Positions 8,533-16,962 are shown, counted from the stretch's first letter. The stretch: 19,249 nt of DNA from Planctomycetota bacterium (GCA_038213805.1 JBBQSO010000094.1:1-19249), one strand, 5' to 3'. Made by a program: numbers and translations. Notes: generated from the letters alone by a model not told the origin.

Positions 8533-8729
8533 ACAAGAGACGCGGAGACGCGGAGGTGGGAGGAGGAGCGTGTGAGCGTGGGATGCATGCGGGGAACCGA
8601 CTGCGTACGGTCCCAGGCGAGCGTCGCGATGAGGCTGGGTGCTGCGACGTCGGAGGGGGGTGGGGAGTGCCAAAGCCCGCCTCCTGCCACCTCCTCCGTT
8701 CTCCGCGCCTCCGCGCCTCTTGTTCTATC
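8527..8729. repeat. About 200-bp element with 40-bp imperfect terminal inverted repeats containing (RCGCGGAG)2
   Basis: 8527-8566 matches the reverse complement of 8690-8729 at 34/40 positions. Confidence 0.85.
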
Positions 8730-9495
8730 AGTCCTTCTGCAGGCTCCCGCTCGCCGCGAACGCCTCCAGGGTCATGCGCGTCACCGGCGTCATGGGGTCG
8801 GCACTGGCGAGGGCCGCGGCGATGGAACGCGCGTCGGCTGGCACCGTCCAGCAGGCGTCGTGCTCGGTGCGCTCAAGGCGGCTGATGATCGCGGCACGGT
8901 CCAGGGTCGCCTGTGCGCGGTAGATCAGCTCCGGCTGGCGCAGGCTGCGGTCCTCGGCCAGGCCGATGGCGCGCAGATCGTGCAGCACGCTGCGGTCGAG
9001 GCCGATCTCCTCTTCCAGTTCGCGGCGCATCTCGTCGAGCAGGTCGGGCGCGCCGCCCGCGCGCGGTTCGAGGGTGCCGCCGAATGGGTGCGCGCAGCCG
9101 GGATAGAGCGCCACGCGCTGCGCGCGCCGGCCGAAGATCAGGTGCCCGTCGCTGCTGACCACCGCCGCGCTGGTCCCGACCGGGTTGGCGAGGATGCCAG
9201 CGCCGTGCGCATCGGCCCAGCCGGCGTGGCTGCCATTGGTGCCGATGAAGGCCTTGTAGCTGGTCGGGCTGAGCTGCAGGTGCAGGCCGTCGGCAGCGAC
9301 GTGGAAGGCTTCGAGCCGGCACATCGGCCCATCGAACAGCGTGATTCCCGGTCGCGCACCGGCCGCGGCCCAGGCGGTCTCGACCGCGGCCTGCTGCGCG
9401 GCATCGAGGTGATGAGTGCTTGCCGTCCAGGTGGCGTGCAGGCGGCCCGCTGGCCAGTCGCCGCGCGCGAGCAGGCGGACGTCGGCCGTGCTCAC
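8728..9495 (-). CDS. Nudix hydrolase, NUDT22-like
   Basis: LFDGPMCRL, LSPTSYKAFIGTN, LANPVG...SSDGHLIFGRR...VA.YPG...GGTLEP and RRELEEEIGL parallel the NUDT22 motifs as I recall them. GTG start at 9495 overlaps the larC stop (GTGA). Confidence 0.85.
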   Translation of the reverse strand: MSTADVRLLARGDWPAGRLHATWTASTHHLDAAQQAAVETAWAAAGARPGITLFDGPMCRLEAFHVAADGLHLQLSPTSYKAFIGTNGSHAGWADAHGAGILANPVGTSAAVVSSDGHLIFGRRAQRVALYPGCAHPFGGTLEPRAGGAPDLLDEMRRELEEEIGLDRSVLHDLRAIGLAEDRSLRQPELIYRAQATLDRAAIISRLERTEHDACWTVPADARSIAAALASADPMTPVTRMTLEAFAASGSLQKD

Positions 9496-10871
9496 GGCTG
9501 TTCTCGCCAGGCGCGCAGGGCCTGCTCCTGCACGTCCGCGAAGGGGCGGCCCAGGGCAGTGGCCGCGGTGCGCACGGCATCCGCCTCTGGCTTGGCGCGG
9601 GTGCCGCCGCCCGGCAGGGTGACGACCTTGAGGGGGATGGCGTGGCCGTCGACGGCGACGGTGACGGCGTGGCGCGGCAGCACGCGGCGCGCCACCACCT
9701 GCCAGCGCAGGCCGATGCCCGGAGAGCACGTCAGCACCAGGTCGGCGAAGCGCGCCACCGCATCGACGGCGCACAGCACGGTCAGTTCGTGGCCGGGGCG
9801 GCCCTTCTTCATCAGCAGCGGTGTGAGCCAGGCGTCGCGGGCGCCCGCCGCGAGCAACTCGTCGATCAGGATGGCGAGCTGCTCGCCGGTGGCGTCGTCG
9901 AGCGCGCAGCGCAGTTCCGCGATGGTATCCGACTCGGTCGGCGCTGCTGCGTCACTGGCCAGCTCGGCGACGAGGCTGACGCGCACGGCATTGGCCAAGC
10001 CTGGGACGGTGCGGTGACCGGCGCCGTAGCCCACGCGCAGCGTGCGCACCGCCAGGCAGGTGTCCGCAGTCACCCAGCCTTCGGCCAGCGCGGTGACCAG
10101 GGCGCAACCGGTCGGCGTGGTCAGCTCGCCGGTGTCGCGGCCGATAACCAGGTGCGGTGCGCCGGTCTGCGCGAGCATCGCAGAGACCGCCGGCACCGGC
10201 ACCGGCATCAGGCCATGCGCGCAGCGCACCGTGCCGCGCCCCGGTTGGATCGGCGTAGCGAGCACGCGCGTGACGCCGAGCTGCTCAAGCAGCAGGCAGC
10301 AGCCGACCACGTCGGCGATGGCGTCGAGCGCGCCGACCTCGTGGAACTCGACCTGCTCAGGCGCCACCCCGTGCACAGCGCCCTCGGCCTCGGCCAGGAC
10401 ACGGAAGACGCGCTGCGCCCGCGCGCGCACCGTGGGCGGCAGCGGCGCGTGCTCGAGGAGCGCGCGGATGTGGTGGTACGGACGGTGCGGGACGTGGTGG
10501 CCAGCGGCGGCAGAGAGACGGACGAGCGGCAAGGCGTCGCCGACGGTTGGTGGTGCGAGGGGGCCGACGCCATGATGATGGTGCAGCCCGTCACCGTGGT
10601 CATGCAGGTGATGCCCGTGTTCCGCATGCGCGTGGTCATGCGCGTCCCCAGACCCGGTCAGCCACGTCGCTTCCTGATCGGCCGCGACGTCGACGCGCAG
10701 CGCGCCGATGCCGCTCACCTGCACGCGCGTGGCGGTCAGGCGCAACGGGCCGACGCCCAGCGCGAGCAGGTCGTGCTCCAGGCGTTGGACGTCCCCCCCG
10801 AGTTCGAGCAATCCCGCGAGCAGCATGTCGCCGGCGATCCCGCTCGGCATCTCGATGAGCAGCGTAGTCAT
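9492..10871 (-). CDS. larC: Nickel-pincer cofactor nickel insertase LarC (single ORF, C1+C2)
   Basis: SGIAGDM, His-rich tract, AEGAVHG, FHEVGALDAIAD, HGLMPVPVPA, GELTTPTG, GYGAG, LDD..GE, MKKGRPG, KPE. Confidence 0.95.
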   Translation of the reverse strand: MTTLLIEMPSGIAGDMLLAGLLELGGDVQRLEHDLLALGVGPLRLTATRVQVSGIGALRVDVAADQEATWLTGSGDAHDHAHAEHGHHLHDHGDGLHHHHGVGPLAPPTVGDALPLVRLSAAAGHHVPHRPYHHIRALLEHAPLPPTVRARAQRVFRVLAEAEGAVHGVAPEQVEFHEVGALDAIADVVGCCLLLEQLGVTRVLATPIQPGRGTVRCAHGLMPVPVPAVSAMLAQTGAPHLVIGRDTGELTTPTGCALVTALAEGWVTADTCLAVRTLRVGYGAGHRTVPGLANAVRVSLVAELASDAAAPTESDTIAELRCALDDATGEQLAILIDELLAAGARDAWLTPLLMKKGRPGHELTVLCAVDAVARFADLVLTCSPGIGLRWQVVARRVLPRHAVTVAVDGHAIPLKVVTLPGGGTRAKPEADAVRTAATALGRPFADVQEQALRAWREQP

Positions 10872-10877
10872 GGGGGG

Positions 10878-10905
10878 ATGCTCGACGCGGGTGCCGGCTG
10901 TCCAG
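10878..10905 (-). promoter_or_regulatory. Putative promoter for a leaderless larC transcript
   Basis: CTGGAC-N16-GAGCAT-N6-ATG on minus strand, no SD; same geometry as aroC. Confidence 0.4.
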
Positions 10906-10938
10906 TGGCGCTTGGGGTCGGACGGCGCTGCGCGCCGT

Positions 10939-11080
10939 GTCCGGAAGTCCGGAAGTCCGGAAGTCCGGAAGTCCGGAAGTCTCCGTGCGGGGAATTGTCG
11001 CGCGGTTCAGCGCCTCACATTCCCAACTGGCTTCTCGTCACACGAGACTTCCGGACTCCCGGACTCCCGGACTTCCGGAC
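10939..11080. repeat. Inverted octamer arrays: (CCGGAAGT)5 and (ACTYCCGG)4 around a 60-nt core
   Basis: Five exact copies at 10941-10980; 10947-10983 matches the reverse complement of 11044-11080 at 35/37. Confidence 0.95.
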
Positions 11081-13959
11081 CCCCCGGATGGCAACCACCG
11101 AACCAGTACCTCCGTCAGTGCCTGCAGTCGTACGGGTTTCGCCACATAATCGTCCATTCCCGCAGCCAGACAGGCCTCGCGGTCGCCGGCCATGGCGTTG
11201 GCGGTCATGGCGATGATCGGCAGGCGCGGCGCGGAGTTTCCGGCGTGTTCGTGGCGCCGCCACTCGCCGGTCGCCTGATAGCCGTCCATCTCCGGCATCA
11301 GGCAGTCCATCAGCACGGCGTCGAAGGGCATGCGGCGCATGATGGTGAGGGCCTCGACGCCATCGGCGGCGATCTCGACGCGCAGGCCGAGCTTGCCGAG
11401 CAGGGCGGCGGCGAGGCGCTGGTTGACGCGGTTGTCCTCGACCACCAGGACGCGGCCAGATAAGGATGGCGCCGTCGTCACCTGTGCGGCCTGCGCGCGC
11501 GTCGTACCGGATCCGCCGCTGCACGTGACCAGGGCGGCATGCAGCGGCGCGGCGCGCACCGGTTTGTCGAGGCGCGCGGTGACGCCGGCGGCGCGCAGCA
11601 CCTCTGGCCCGGGTCCGGGCACGCTGGTGAGCAGCACCACCCCGCCGGGGCGCCGCGCCGGATCCGCGGCCAGGGCGCGCGCGAGCTCCAGGCCCGCACC
11701 GCTGCCGACGGCCTGGTCGATGACCACGATGGCGAAAGGCCGGCCGTTCTCGACGGCGGCGTTGCACGCCTCCATCGCCGCTTCGGCCCCGGCGACGTGC
11801 TGCACGGCCAGCCCCCAGCCGCGCAGCTGGGCGACCAGGCTGGCGCGCGCCTGGGGGTGGGCGCAGACCGCCAGGGTGCGCAGGCCCGTGAGTCGGGCGC
11901 CGCCAGTCAGCGCGGCTGCGGTGGCCACACCTGCGGGCGCGCCATGCACGGTGAAGCGGAAGGTGCTGCCCTCGCCAGGGCTGCTCGCCACGGCGATGGT
12001 GCCGCCCATCAGCTCGACCAGGCGGCGGCAGATCGCCAGGCCCAGGCCGGTGCCGCCGTAGCGGCGGGTGGTGGAGCTGTCGGCCTGCACGAAACGCGTG
12101 AACAGCCGGCCCTGGACCTCTGCCGGGATGCCCAGGCCGGTGTCGCGCACCATGCACACCAGGCGCGGACCGGCTTCGCCACCGGGCTCGCAGGCCAGGG
12201 TCACGGCGATCTCGCCGGTAGCGGTGAACTTGACCGCGTTGCTGAGCAGATTGACCAGCACCTGGCGCAGCCGACCGGGATCGCCTGCGACCAGTTCCGG
12301 CACGCCCGGGTCGACGTGCACGACCAGCTCCAGGCCCTTGGCATGCGCCTTCTCGGCGAGCAGCGCAGCGGCGTCCTCGACGACGTGGCGCGGCTCGAAG
12401 GGGATGCGCTCGATCTCCAGCCGGCCGGCCTCGATCTTCGAAAAGTCGAGGATGTCGTTGATGATGGTCAGCAGCGCCTCGCCGCTGCTGCGCACGGTCT
12501 CGGCGTGGCCACGCTGGAGTTCGCTGAGCGGAGTGTCGAGGAGCAGTCCAGTCATGCCGATGATGCCGTTCATCGGCGTGCGGATCTCATGGCTCATCAT
12601 CGCCAGGAAGTCGCTCTTGGCGCGGTTGGCGGCCTCGGCGGCATCCTTGGCCGCGATCAGCGCGCGGCGCGCCTGGGTGGCCTCGGTGATATCGACCACC
12701 GTGCCGAGGTGGCCGGTGACGGCGCCGCCCTGGGCGATGGCGATGGTGGCGCAGGTCACGCAGGCCTCGGCGCCGTCGGCACGCCGGTAGCGGAACTCGC
12801 CATGGAAGGCTTCCCCGCGCGCCGCGGAGGCCGCCCAGGCGCCGGTGACGCGCGCGCGGTCGTCCGGGTGGATGGCAGCGACCCAGCCGTCGTCCATCGC
12901 TTCGGCCAGGCTGAGCCCGGTGAGCGCGCTCCAGCAACGGTTGACGAACAGGCAGCGACCCGCCGCGTCGGTCTGGAAGATGCCCACCGGCGCGAAGGTC
13001 GCCAGCAGGCGGAAGCGGTCCTCGCTCTCGGCGCGGGCCGTCTGCAGCCATGCGCGCGCGCTATCGTCGCGCGTGTAGCAGCGGATGTGGGGGGCTTCGC
13101 CGGACTCATTGATGAACTGGGCGTCGATCACCACTTGGCGCAAGCCACCGTCAGCGCCACGCAAACGCGCGCGGAAACCGTGCACGTGCTCGCCGGCGCG
13201 CAGGCGCGTCAGCAGCTCCTCTGCCAAGATCGGGTCCTCGAGGTAGTCGCTGAGGTGCCGGCCAAGGTGCGCGGCGGCGGCTACGCCCAGGTACTCGAGC
13301 TCGGCCTGGTTGGCGCGCAGCACCCGGCCTTCCGGGCTGAGCAGGGACAGGGAAGCGGTGCTGCTGGTGAAGTAGCGCGCGACCTCGCCATCTGCGCGCG
13401 GTCTGGCCACCTCTGGCTCCTGCTGGCGCGCCTGATCATCGATGACCAGGCGCGACAGGCTGCGCAGCTGGCGGCGCAGTTCGAGCTGCGCCACGACCTG
13501 GCGGCCGAGCACACGCAGAGCGTCGAGCTGCTCGGCATCGAGCTGGCGCGGCTGGTGGTCGATGACGCACAGCGTGCCCAGCGCGTGACCCTCGCAGGTG
13601 ACCAGCGGCACGCCGGCATAGAAGCGCACGTGCGGCGCGCCCAGGGCCAGCGCGTTGTCGCAGAAACGCGGGTCCTGCAGCGCGTCCTTGACGTGCAGGA
13701 CCTCCTGGGGATCGAGGATGGCGTGCGCGCAGAACGCCAGGTCGCGCGGGGTCTCGCTGGCGTCGAGGCCGACCCGCGCCTTGAACCACTGGCGATCGCT
13801 GTCGACCAGGCTGACCAGCGCGAGCGGTGCCTTGCAGATGCGCGAGGCCAACCGCACCAGGTCATCGAAGGCCACCTCGCCGGGGGTGTCCAACACGCCA
13901 TAGGAGCGCAGCGCGGCGAGCCGGGCGGGCTCGTCGGGGGGAAGGGGTGCGGCTGGCAT
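11038..13959 (-). CDS. Cytoplasmic hybrid sensor histidine kinase (GAF-PAS-PAS-HisKA-HATPase-REC-REC)
   Basis: GAF (EPARLAALRSYGVLDT...RFYAGVPL...GTLCVID), two PAS domains, H-box FLAMMSHEIRTPMNG, N-box NLLSNAVKFT, DTGLG, GGTGLGL, terminal REC (VEDN...MDCLMPEMDG...KP); no TM segment. Start placed at ATG 13959. Confidence 0.95.
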   Translation of the reverse strand: MPAAPLPPDEPARLAALRSYGVLDTPGEVAFDDLVRLASRICKAPLALVSLVDSDRQWFKARVGLDASETPRDLAFCAHAILDPQEVLHVKDALQDPRFCDNALALGAPHVRFYAGVPLVTCEGHALGTLCVIDHQPRQLDAEQLDALRVLGRQVVAQLELRRQLRSLSRLVIDDQARQQEPEVARPRADGEVARYFTSSTASLSLLSPEGRVLRANQAELEYLGVAAAAHLGRHLSDYLEDPILAEELLTRLRAGEHVHGFRARLRGADGGLRQVVIDAQFINESGEAPHIRCYTRDDSARAWLQTARAESEDRFRLLATFAPVGIFQTDAAGRCLFVNRCWSALTGLSLAEAMDDGWVAAIHPDDRARVTGAWAASAARGEAFHGEFRYRRADGAEACVTCATIAIAQGGAVTGHLGTVVDITEATQARRALIAAKDAAEAANRAKSDFLAMMSHEIRTPMNGIIGMTGLLLDTPLSELQRGHAETVRSSGEALLTIINDILDFSKIEAGRLEIERIPFEPRHVVEDAAALLAEKAHAKGLELVVHVDPGVPELVAGDPGRLRQVLVNLLSNAVKFTATGEIAVTLACEPGGEAGPRLVCMVRDTGLGIPAEVQGRLFTRFVQADSSTTRRYGGTGLGLAICRRLVELMGGTIAVASSPGEGSTFRFTVHGAPAGVATAAALTGGARLTGLRTLAVCAHPQARASLVAQLRGWGLAVQHVAGAEAAMEACNAAVENGRPFAIVVIDQAVGSGAGLELARALAADPARRPGGVVLLTSVPGPGPEVLRAAGVTARLDKPVRAAPLHAALVTCSGGSGTTRAQAAQVTTAPSLSGRVLVVEDNRVNQRLAAALLGKLGLRVEIAADGVEALTIMRRMPFDAVLMDCLMPEMDGYQATGEWRRHEHAGNSAPRLPIIAMTANAMAGDREACLAAGMDDYVAKPVRLQALTEVLVRWLPSGGSGSPGVRESGSLV

Positions 13960-13975
13960 GCACGGCGAGTCTACA

Positions 13976-14485
13976 TCATGGATCGGGGACCGGCGCAAGC
14001 GGGGCCGCCGTACCTTGATGGGCACGCAGGGCGTCCATCCCGTAGGCCAGACCGGTGGCGTAGACCACCAGCACCGTGACCAGGGTCAGCCAGGCCACGA
14101 CGATCTCCAGGCCGCGGATCGCCTGGGGGCCGCCGCGGCGGTGGGCGCGCAGGTGCAGGTGGATCAGACCGCACGCCCAACCGACCGGCACCGCGAAGCC
14201 GGCGGCCAGCGCGGCGGCGAGCGGTACCGTCCAGCTCCACACCCGGCTGGGGTGGGCGGTCCACGGGCCGAGCCCAAGCACGCCGAGCAGATCGCAGCCG
14301 ACGAGCGCCACCAGCCCGGCGGTGGCGCCAATCGCCCAGGCCATGCGCATCGCCACTCGCCAGCCGGGGCCACCACGCCAGGCCAGGCGCAGGCCGCCCA
14401 GACAGAGCACAGGCGGCACCAGCCAGAGCAGGAGGGTGGCCAACAGGAGCATGCCCGATGGTAGCGGGGCATGCGCCGCAGTCAT
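13976..14485 (-). CDS. Hypothetical membrane protein, about 4 TM helices
   Basis: Four hydrophobic stretches separated by Arg/Gly loops; ends 16 nt before the kinase start. The start is uncertain. Confidence 0.65.
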   Translation of the reverse strand: MTAAHAPLPSGMLLLATLLLWLVPPVLCLGGLRLAWRGGPGWRVAMRMAWAIGATAGLVALVGCDLLGVLGLGPWTAHPSRVWSWTVPLAAALAAGFAVPVGWACGLIHLHLRAHRRGGPQAIRGLEIVVAWLTLVTVLVVYATGLAYGMDALRAHQGTAAPLAPVPDP

Positions 14486-14632
14486 GGCGGGGCATGCGTC
14501 GGACACGGTGGCTGTACCTGCCGCCCGCCTCGGCCTTGCGTCCCGGACGGGCGCGGGGATGACCATGAACGACTGCCCGACCCCGGCAACGCCGGCGCCC
14601 GGGCGCGTACAAGCTCAACCGGAGATCCGCCC

Positions 14633-16831
14633 ATGCCCAGCCCCGCCCGCTGTGTCCTCCTCGCGCTGCTCGGCCTCATCGCCGGCGCCCCGGTCGCGAA
14701 CGCGGCGGTCGAACTGCCGTCCTTCTTCAGCGAGCACATGGTGCTGCAGCGCGATCTGCCGATCCCGGTGTGGGGCTGGGCCGCGCCTGGCGAGCAGGTC
14801 ACAGTCCAGCTCGGCACGCAGGCCCCAGCGAAGGCGACCACGGCGGCGGATGGCACCTGGAAGGTCAAACTGCCCGCCAGTGCCGGCGGCGGACCCTTCA
14901 CCCTGGTGGTCAAGGGCGGCAACGAACTGCGCATCGCCGACGTGCTGGTTGGCGAGGTGTGGCTGTGTTCCGGCCAGTCGAACATGGAGTTCACCGTCGA
15001 CGGCGTGAACGACGCGGCCAAGGAGAAGGCCGAAGCCACCGATGGCATGATCCGCCAGCTCTACGTACCGCGCATCCCGGGTGCGCAGCCCATGGCCAAG
15101 ATGGACGCGCACTGGACGGTCGGCTCGCCCGCGACCGCCGGCGGCTTCACCGCCTGCGGCTACTTCATGGCGCGCCAGCTGCGCAAGGAACTGGGCGTGC
15201 CGGTCGGCCTGATCAATTCCTCGTGGGGCGGCACGCGCATCGAGCCGTGGACGCCGGCGGCCGCTTTCAGCGAACTCCCCGCACTCAAGGACATCGCCGA
15301 CCAGCTGCGCGCCACCGACCCACGCGCGCCCGCCTACCAGCAGGCCATGGCCGCCCACCTCGCCAAGGTCGAAGCCTGGACGAAAGAGGCGCGCGCCGCG
15401 CTGGCCGCCGGCGCCGCCGCGCCCGCGCCGCCCACCCTGCCCGCCGAGCTCGAACCGCTGACCGCACGCAAGGAACCGCACCAGCAGCCGACCACACTTT
15501 ACAACGGCATGATCCACGCCCTGGTCGGCTACGGCATGCGCGGCGCGATCTGGTATCAGGGCGAGTCCAACCACTACGAAGGCCTGCTCTACACTGAAAA
15601 GATGAAGGCGCTGATCTACGGCTGGCGCGCGGCGTGGGGCATTGGCGACTTCCCCTTCAACTTCGTGCAGATCGCGCCTTACGAGTACGGCGGCGAGGAT
15701 CCGGGCATCATGCCGCGCTTCTGGGTCGCGCAGACCGCCGCCCTGGCCATCCCCAACACCGGCATGGTCGTCACCAGCGACATCGGCAACGTCAACGACA
15801 TCCACCCCAAGAACAAGCAAGAGGTCGGCCGACGCCTCGCCCTGCTCGCCCTCGCCCACACCTACGGCAAGACCGGCGTGGTCAGTTCCGGGCCGATGTT
15901 CGCATCGCTCGCCGCTGAAGCAGGCGCGGTGCGCGTGACCTTCGACCACGCCGAAGGCCTGACCACGCGCGACGGCAAGGCGCCGGACTGGTTCGAGGTA
16001 TGCGGTGATGACAGCGACTTCGTCCCCGCGACCGCGGTGATCGAGGGCCGCAGCGTGGTGCTGCGTGCACCCCAGGTCGCGAGCCCAACAGCGGTGCGTT
16101 TCGCTTGGCACCGCCGCGCTGAGCCGAACCTGATGAACGGCGCCGGCCTACCGGCCAACGCCTTCTCTTCGGGCAGCGTGGCGTACGCGGATCCGCTCGC
16201 AAAGATCGCCGACGCCAAGGGCTACATTCCAATGTACACCCTCGACCTGGCGAAGCTCGGCGGAACGGTCACCTACGACTTTGACCAGCACGCCACGGTC
16301 GGCGCATTCAAGCGCATCGCCTATTTGATGGAGCTGCAGCGCGAAGGCCGCTCCGTCCAGTACGCCTGGGCGGCTATGGACGCCTTCACCAGCGATGCCG
16401 CAAAGATCGCCATTCCGACGGTCGCGTCCGACGCCTCCTTCCAGCAGGCGGTGGCCAACCTGACCGTGGTCAGCAATGTGCCCGGTCTGACCGCGGGCAG
16501 CTTCCCGACCGGAGGCAACATCGAATTCTGGCCGAACAACTACGGTCAGCCAAACAGCGGCGGCGTGCCGGGGGCCTCCGACACGCTCTATGATTTCGGC
16601 GACCAGCCATCCGATCCCAAGGACGGCTACGGTTGCATGCAGGTGCACAACGGCGGCGCCAAGCAGACCGTGTTCGCGATCAACAACTTCAAGGGGGGCG
16701 CCAACGCCGACCTCGGCCTGGGCAACAATCCGGCCACTGGCGAGCGCGCCAATCCCGACTGGACCTTCGCCGCCAACGGCAGCGGCTTCGTGCTGAAGAA
16801 GTTGCGCATCTTCGTCCTGCCGAAGCAGTAA
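14633..16831 (+). CDS. Secreted sialate O-acetylesterase-like (SASA/SGNH) protein with extra C-terminal domain
   Basis: GGAG SD at 14621-14624, signal peptide ending ANA-A, FSEHMVLQR, GEVWLCSGQSNM (catalytic Ser), WGGT, WYQGESN, DIHPKNK (DxH), NLMNGAGLPA. Confidence 0.92.
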   Translation: MPSPARCVLLALLGLIAGAPVANAAVELPSFFSEHMVLQRDLPIPVWGWAAPGEQVTVQLGTQAPAKATTAADGTWKVKLPASAGGGPFTLVVKGGNELRIADVLVGEVWLCSGQSNMEFTVDGVNDAAKEKAEATDGMIRQLYVPRIPGAQPMAKMDAHWTVGSPATAGGFTACGYFMARQLRKELGVPVGLINSSWGGTRIEPWTPAAAFSELPALKDIADQLRATDPRAPAYQQAMAAHLAKVEAWTKEARAALAAGAAAPAPPTLPAELEPLTARKEPHQQPTTLYNGMIHALVGYGMRGAIWYQGESNHYEGLLYTEKMKALIYGWRAAWGIGDFPFNFVQIAPYEYGGEDPGIMPRFWVAQTAALAIPNTGMVVTSDIGNVNDIHPKNKQEVGRRLALLALAHTYGKTGVVSSGPMFASLAAEAGAVRVTFDHAEGLTTRDGKAPDWFEVCGDDSDFVPATAVIEGRSVVLRAPQVASPTAVRFAWHRRAEPNLMNGAGLPANAFSSGSVAYADPLAKIADAKGYIPMYTLDLAKLGGTVTYDFDQHATVGAFKRIAYLMELQREGRSVQYAWAAMDAFTSDAAKIAIPTVASDASFQQAVANLTVVSNVPGLTAGSFPTGGNIEFWPNNYGQPNSGGVPGASDTLYDFGDQPSDPKDGYGCMQVHNGGAKQTVFAINNFKGGANADLGLGNNPATGERANPDWTFAANGSGFVLKKLRIFVLPKQ

Positions 16832-16903
16832 GGGTCGCATCCGCGGCGCCCGGGGCCGCCGGCGAGCCATCCATGCCCACGCCGACGACACGCTGAAACG
16901 CCC

Positions 16904-16924
16904 CGGTCGCCGTCAGCCGTTGGC
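16904..16924. repeat. Degenerate inverted heptamer array (CGTCAGC-like) x3
   Basis: cggtcgc cgtcagc cgttggc. Confidence 0.45.
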
Positions 16925-16926
16925 CC

Positions 16927-16955
16927 CTGGAGCCCCGCGCCCCTGGCCTTAGCCT
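16927..16955 (+). promoter_or_regulatory. Putative promoter for a leaderless transcript of the 636-aa gene
   Basis: CTGGAG-N17-TAGCCT-N7-ATG, no SD. Confidence 0.45.
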
Positions 16956-16962
16956 CGCGGGC

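Noticed and set aside
9492..10871. Programmed frameshift between larC1 and larC2
   Set aside because: Both halves are in one uninterrupted reading frame.
16841..16862. GC hairpin after the esterase stop as a terminator
   Set aside because: Imperfect stem with no U-tract; such stems are common by chance at this GC content.
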